This document shows positions 57,207-64,000 of a stretch of 64,000 nucleotides of DNA, piece by piece. Under the pieces are notes generated by a model, which saw only the letters and a program-made list of their open reading frames with translations, ran no database searches and was not told where the DNA came from. The stretch is taken from assembly GCA_964016885.1 (NCBI GenBank), contig OZ024741.1:196230001-196294000 (forward strand), read 5' to 3'. Origin of the DNA: Eledone cirrhosa (Eukaryota). Each line of letters starts with the position of its first letter. The stretch's first letter is position 1. Position numbers and translations under genes: made by a program.

Positions 57207-60200
57207 ATCATCATCATCATCATCAGGTTTAGCGTCCGTGTTCCACGCTTGCATGGGTTTGGACGGGGGTTTTCCCACTTGAGGCAAGAGTGGTTGTCTT
57301 GCTCGCATAGGACTGTCTGGCGGGTTTTCTACAGTTGGATGCCCTTCCTAACACCAACCACATTTACAGTGTGGGGCTGGGAGGTTTTTACCGTGTTGCC
57401 TACACGGCCACATTACAGCGTGGACTGTCTGGCGGGTTTTCTACAGCTGGATGCCCTTCCTAACACCAACCACATTTACAGTGTGGGGCTGGGAGGTTTT
57501 TACCGTGTTGCCTACACGGCCACATTTACAGCGTGGACTGTGTGTTTTTTGTCGTGACACCTACACGATCTCATTTGTTTCGGCCTGGATGTTGTGGGAC
57601 CAACATAACTTTACATTGAAAGGGGCGGTGTGGGTGGGGTGGAGGTGGTGGGACGGGGGTGTGTTTTGATAGAGATGCCTACTGACTGTAGTAGGTTTTT
57701 ACTTTGTATTTAGGTAAGGCGGGTCTTCTCTATTACTGAGTACCGCCAAAGGTCTCGGTCCAGTGACATTGTCTTGGAGAGGTGTAAGCGTGTGAGGTCG
57801 GAATTTATCAGCTCGTCCCATGTTTTTCTGGGTCTGCCTACTCCGTGGCTACCGTCTATCTTTATTGCCCTGCACTTTGTTATACAGCTGTCGTCTTTCA
57901 TGCGCATCACGTGACAGTACCAACGTAGCCTTCTCTCGAGTAAACAACATCTGATCCCTCTTATTTCTAATTTTTTCCTTAGTTCGTTTATGCTTTGCCG
58001 TTCACGTATATTACTATTGCACATCCAGCGGAGCATGCAAGCTTCGTTCCTCTCTAGTCTGCGTATATCCTCTGCACACAATGCCCAGGTCTCACTGCCA
58101 TGCAGCATTGCTGTTCGTATGCAGGCATCGTATAACCTGCCTTTCATTTTTAGGGAGAACCCTCTAGCGGCTAATAGTGGTATAAGCTCTCTGAACTTTT
58201 TCCATCCAGTTCTGACTCTAGCTACTGTACTTTCAGAGCACCCTCCCCCACTGCTGAATTTTGTCACCCAGATAACGGAAGCTGTCCACTATTTCTATAG
58301 AACCCTCTGCGCAGTTGAAGGAGCTAGTATTTTGTGGGCACTTGCTGCTACTTATTGCACCAGAGCACCGGCCACATGTAAAATCTATGTTCTTAGTTAG
58401 CTTACCTGTGATCCCACTACATCTTTTATGCACCCATACTTTGCATTTGGGACATAAAATGGAGTTTCTACCTACGCCTTTCCTACACACTGAGCATAGC
58501 CATTTCCCCGATGGGACCGCCGCCTTATTTTCTTTCCTACAAACTAGAACTTTAGTCTTAGCCAGGTTAATTTTAAGGCCTTTTGATTCTAGGCCGTGCT
58601 TCCACGTTTGGAATTTCTTCTCTAGTTCGGTCATTGATTCAGCTATGAGCGTTAGATCATCTGCGTATAGGAGTTCCCATGGGCAGCCGGTCTTGAACTC
58701 CTCTGTTATAGCCTGAAGGGCAATAATAAATAGTAGGGGGCTAAGAACAGAGCCCTGATGGACACCAACTTTTACGCTAAACTCTTCACTATATTCGTTG
58801 TTAATTCTAACCTTACTGACTGTTTCTTTATACATGGCTTGTATAGCTCTCACAAGCCATTCGTCAACACCTAGTTTTCTAAGAGACCACCAGATAATGG
58901 AACGGGGGACTCTGTCGAAGGCTTTCTCCAAGTCGACGAAAGCTAAGTATAGGGGTTTACTTTTAGCTAGGTACTTCTCCTGTAGTTGTCGTACAATGAA
59001 AAGAGCGTCTGTGGTACTTTTGCCTGACACAAACCCGAACTGCATTTCGTCTAGATCAATTCTCTCTCTGATTAGTTGCGCTATTACTTTTTCCGTGACC
59101 TTCATGACCTGGTCGATTAATTTAATGCCTCTATAGTTACTCCTATCTAGGGCATCTCCTTTTCCCTTATAGCAGTTAACGATGATGCTGCTACGCCATT
59201 CCTTCGGAACAACCCCATTCTGTATGACTTGGTTAACTATCCGGGTGACCATGGTGTGTCCCACCGAACCAGATGCCTTCAGCATCTCAGCAACTATTTC
59301 CGAAGGCCCAGCCGCCTTACCCGTCTTCATATTTTTGATTGCCTTACTTATTATACTACCTTCAACTAACACTGCTGGTCCCTCTATTGGATCGATCTGG
59401 GGGAGACTGTCTTTCTCCCATTTGTTCTCCTCATTTAGAAGCCTTTCGTAGTGACACTTCCAAGCTACCTTCTTATCAGCGTCGGTGATGGCAAGTATGC
59501 CATCATCGTTAAGTACACACTTCTCCCCGACAATATCACGGTTTTCCTTGACACATTGCCTGGCAATCCTGAACACCTCACGTTTTTGGTCCTCACGTTG
59601 TAGAACATGCTTGAACTTTCTTTCCTCTGCTTCCCTTCTTGCGAAGTACACTTGTCTCCTAGCTTCCCTCCTGGCCACTTGATAGTCTTCTCTACTTCCC
59701 CCATCCCGCCATACTTTCCAAGCCTGCTTTTTGGCCTTAATTGACTCCTCCACCTTACTGTTCCACCACCATGTTACTCTCCTCCTACCTACAGGCCTGC
59801 TCCAGCCACAGACTTCGTCTGCCGCCGTCAGCAGGTTTGCTCTCAGGAATTCCCACTGTTCCTCTATATTATACGACTCTAATTGCTCTTCCTTACTGTC
59901 GAAAGCGTCAAGTAATATGCTTTGAAATTTATTTCTGGCTATGGGGTCCTTTAGCTTCCATATTTTTCTCCTGAGGATAGTCCTCTTCCGCTGTCTAGTA
60001 CGTCTCATCCTGACTATGAGGTCGCTAATTATCAGTCTATGTTGGGAGGTGAATTCTTCATGGGGGTGGGATTTAGTGTTAACAACAGACACTCTGTCAC
60101 GTCTTCTGGTAAGGATATAATCTACCTGGCTTGTGTGTTCCCCCGATCTATAGGTGATCAAGTGATTGTCTCGTTTTTTGAAGTTAGTGTTACAGATAGT

Positions 60201-61050
60201 TAAGTTATTTGCGTCGCAGAATTCCAGGATTCTGGAGCCTTCCTCATTTCTAGTACCGAACCCATAGCCTCCATGGATTCCGTCATAGCCGTCACAATGT
60301 TGTCCAACGTGACCATTTAGGTCGCCTGCAATAACTATATAGTCACTGTCGGTTATTTGGGAGGTAGCGAGCATCAGTGTCTCATAGAATCTGTCTTTTA
60401 TAGCGCGGGGCAGTCCGGATTGGGGTGTGTACGCAGATATTACTGTCACCGTAGTTTTATTGAGGACAAGTCTTATTTTAATTATTCTGTCGTTCACTCT
60501 ATTTACGTCTATTATCTTATCTGCCCACTTTTCTGCTACCATGATTCCTACCCCACCCAACCCATTGTCATTTCCCACCCAGAAAAGCTTATAGCATCGT
60601 TCTTTACCCACGATGAATCTAGCCGACCCTCCCCTCCACCTGGTCTCTTGAATACAACAAACATCGACCTCCTTACGTTCAAGCATTTCTACAACCTCGT
60701 TTGAGCGACCCCTTAAGGTGCCTACATTCATGGTACCAACTCTGAAGTTTTGGATTGCGTTTGGAGGGTGGGAGCGGTGGGGCGCGGGGGGGGATGGGGT
60801 TATGTTAGCCATCTTGGGCCGAAACAAGGAGGAGTGCTTGCATTCTCGTCCACGAGGTGAATTTGGCTTTATCTTTGGCATTGTCGCTGAGCGTCCACAT
60901 TTTTCTCTCTTCAACTCTCCAGAATTCCGTAGTCCATCCATCATATCGAAAAGCAACCAGTTAAGCGATAGTATGGGCCTCTGACTTATGATTGGTCCAC
61001 GTAATAATGGTGGTGCGTGGGGGCGGGAGGGAGGGATGATGGGTTGTTAG
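57207..61050 (-). mobile_element. Near-intact full-length RTE LINE
   Basis: 907-aa APE+RT ORF, 185-aa C-terminus in another frame, 3'UTR, (cat)n tail; 5' end approximate. Confidence 0.95.
57710..60956 (-). CDS. RTE ORF (AP endonuclease, reverse transcriptase, Cys/His finger), one frameshift at ~58259
   Basis: GTMNVGTL, CIQETRW, AGDLNGHVG, SQVDYIL, SQHRL; NYRGIKL, FVDLEKAFDRV, QGSVLSPLLF, YADD; extra A relative to the 48210 copy. Confidence 0.88.
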
Positions 61051-61053
61051 CGA

Positions 61054-61655
61054 GAATGTAAGGTTTAAGATAAGATCGCCGTATTTTGGGCATAATTTAA
61101 CAATAAACGAAAATACAAGATTTGTTTTGTTTAAGAAAATACGATAGAGAAAATGCGGTGATAGGGAAAATATGATTTTTAGAGAAAAGATATGATATAG
61201 AATGGTGAAAATATGATATAGTGTGAAATTAGGACATAGAAGTGATTGAATGAATGGGTTCGAATGGAGAGAAGAATCGAGAAAAATTTGAACGTTACTT
61301 TATACCAAAGGGAACAGCCATCCCAGAAATAGCGAGTTGGCGATTTTGATTAATTTTGGTAGGGTTTTATCTTATATGTATAGAGAGGGAGGGGGGGGGG
61401 GGCAGGAACCAGCATGATGAATGGGTAGGGGGTAGAATATGGGATGGAGCAGAGGTTAAAAGTTTAAATAGGTACTCGAAGTTTTGCGTAAAACTTAGCA
61501 AGTTTAACAAATTATATTTAAAGGAATATATAATAGTGATTTGTTTTGATATGAAAATACGACAGAATATGAAAATATGACAGAATGTAAGGTTTAAGAC
61601 AAGATCGCCGTATTTTGGGCATAATTTAACAATAAACGAAAATACAAGATTTGTT
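61054..61655. repeat. ~72-bp direct repeats 529 bp apart
   Basis: gaatgtaaggtttaaga(t/c)aagatcgccgtattttgggcataatttaacaataaacgaaaatacaagatttgtt at 61053 and 61582. Confidence 0.85.
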
Positions 61656-61678
61656 GTACATATATATACATACATATA

Positions 61679-61738
<60 letters not shown>

Positions 61739-61813
61739 CATACATATATATATACATATATATATATATACATATATATATACATATATATATATATATA
61801 CATATATATATAC

Positions 61814-61848
<35 letters not shown>

Positions 61849-61858
61849 CATATATATA

Positions 61859-62269
61859 TGGTGGCTGCCAACTCGTTTTCGAGTACGGCCACTACTTTAT
61901 ATCCATGTAGGAGAACCCCTACCGATGCGCTGAACGAATGTGACTTTAGTCCAGCCAGCGACTTGAAAACTCTGGCACAAAGACTACACTTGTGACCATT
62001 ATTGACACATAGTGCAGGGCCCATGGTACCATGTGATGACAAGTGCAGAGAGATCTCCAGATATAAAGCAATGCCTGTGCTGTGAAGCTTTTATAGTGAG
62101 CAAAGGCACTGCACAAAGCCAGTCCCACTCTCTTAACCAAGATGATATTTACCAAAAAGAAGAACAGGTCAACATCATTGGATACCATCAGGGTTGCAGG
62201 TGTTATATCAGAGTTTTCCTTCTCCTAGAATTCTGCCTTGACAAAGGCTAAGGGGTCATCTCTCCCGGT
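61859..62269 (-). mobile_element. Non-autonomous RTE-like element, copy 2 (5'-truncated)
   Basis: Matches 54695-55107. Confidence 0.7.
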
Positions 62270-63184
62270 ATATACATGTATATATACATACATGTATATA
62301 TACAAATATACATACACACATGCACACACACATACATATACACACATACATATACATATACATACATACATACATATACATACATACATACACATATACA
62401 TACATACACACATACATACATACACATATACATACATACATACATATATACATATACATACATATACATACATACATATACACATATACATACATACATA
62501 TACATACATACATACATACATACACACATATATACATACATATACATATACATACATATACATATACATACATATACATATACATACACATACACATACA
62601 TACATACACATACATACACATATATACATACATACATACATACATATACATACATACACATACATATACACATATACATACATACACATACACATATACA
62701 TATACATACATACACATATACATATACATACATACATATACATACATACACATACATATACATACATATATACATATACATACATACACATATACATATA
62801 CATACATACATATATACATACATATATACACACATACATACATATACACACACATACATATACATACATATACATACATACATACATATACATACACATA
62901 CATACATACATACATACACATACATACATATACACACATACATACATACATATATATACACATACATACATATATACACATACATACACATATATACACA
63001 TACATACATATATATACATACATACATACATATACATACATACATACATACATACATACATACATACATACATACACATACATACATACATACATATACA
63101 TACATACATACATATACATACATACATACACACAGATACACACATATATACATACATACATACATATATATACATACATACATA
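62270..63184. repeat. (TACA)n/(CATA)n microsatellite
   Basis: Direct inspection. Confidence 0.95.
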
Positions 63185-63793
63185 TGGTGGCTGCCAACTC
63201 GTTTTCGAGTACGGCCACTACTTTATATCCATGTAGGAGAACCCCTACCGATGCGCTGAACGAGTGTGACTTTTTAGTCCAGCCAGCGACTTGAAAACTC
63301 TGGTACAAACACTACACTTGTGACAATTACTGACACATAGTGCTGGGCCCATGGTACCATGTGACCACAAGTGCAGAGAGATCTCCAGATATAAAGCAAT
63401 GCCTGTGCCGTGAAGCTTTTATAGTGAGCAAAGGCACTGCACAAAGCCAGTCCCACTCTCTTAACCAAGATGATATTTACCAAAAAGAAGAACAAGTCAA
63501 CATCATTGGATACCATCAGGGTTGCAGGTGTTATATCAGAGTTTTCCTTCTCCTAGAATTCTGCCTTGACAAAGGCTAAGGGGTCATCTCTCCCGGTGAT
63601 TTTGGATGGCCATTGACTCTTAAGAGCTCCTTTGCCCTTTGACAGGTTTTGTTTTTAGTCCTGCAGGATGTCCAAAGTCACCCTCCTCACCAAGAAACCT
63701 TGGTGGGGTTGCCAGTTTAGTCGCCAACGACCCGACCATGGGACAGGTTGTACTGGGATACATGTTACCAGTAGCACCAACTGGTGACCTGAC
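63185..63793 (-). mobile_element. Non-autonomous RTE-like element, copy 3
   Basis: Near-identical to 54695-55303 with the same ends. Confidence 0.7.
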
Positions 63794-64000
63794 ATATATA
63801 TATACATACATATATACATACATATATACATACATATATACATATATATATATATACATATATATATACATACATATATATATATACATATATATATACA
63901 TACATATATACATATATATATATATACATATATATATACATACATATATATATATACATATATATACATATATATATATACATATATATACATATATATA

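Overview
Eukaryotic, extremely repeat-rich animal DNA, most likely cephalopod (Octopus-type SINE and RTE families; inference). The only host gene is the 3' half of an otubain (OTUB1-like) deubiquitinase on the minus strand (3 exons, 16423-19456). Its upstream exons were not found in the remaining ~44 kb, which is filled with transposons and AT microsatellites. Mobile elements: a Merlin/ISXO2-type DNA transposon with TIRs and an 8-bp TSD, a decayed Gypsy LTR element, a solo LTR, Helitrons, Tx1/L1, CR1, many RTE LINEs (one nearly intact), Penelope-like (GIY-YIG) fragments and tRNA-derived SINEs. The most notable signal is RNA structure: about nine type I hammerhead ribozyme motifs (five well formed), including a 2.56-kb non-coding element (43788-46349) with two hammerhead-bearing direct repeats 2057 nt apart that encloses two diverged copies of an unexplained ~230-nt structured module. 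The long Y/I/M/C-rich ORFs are microsatellite artefacts.
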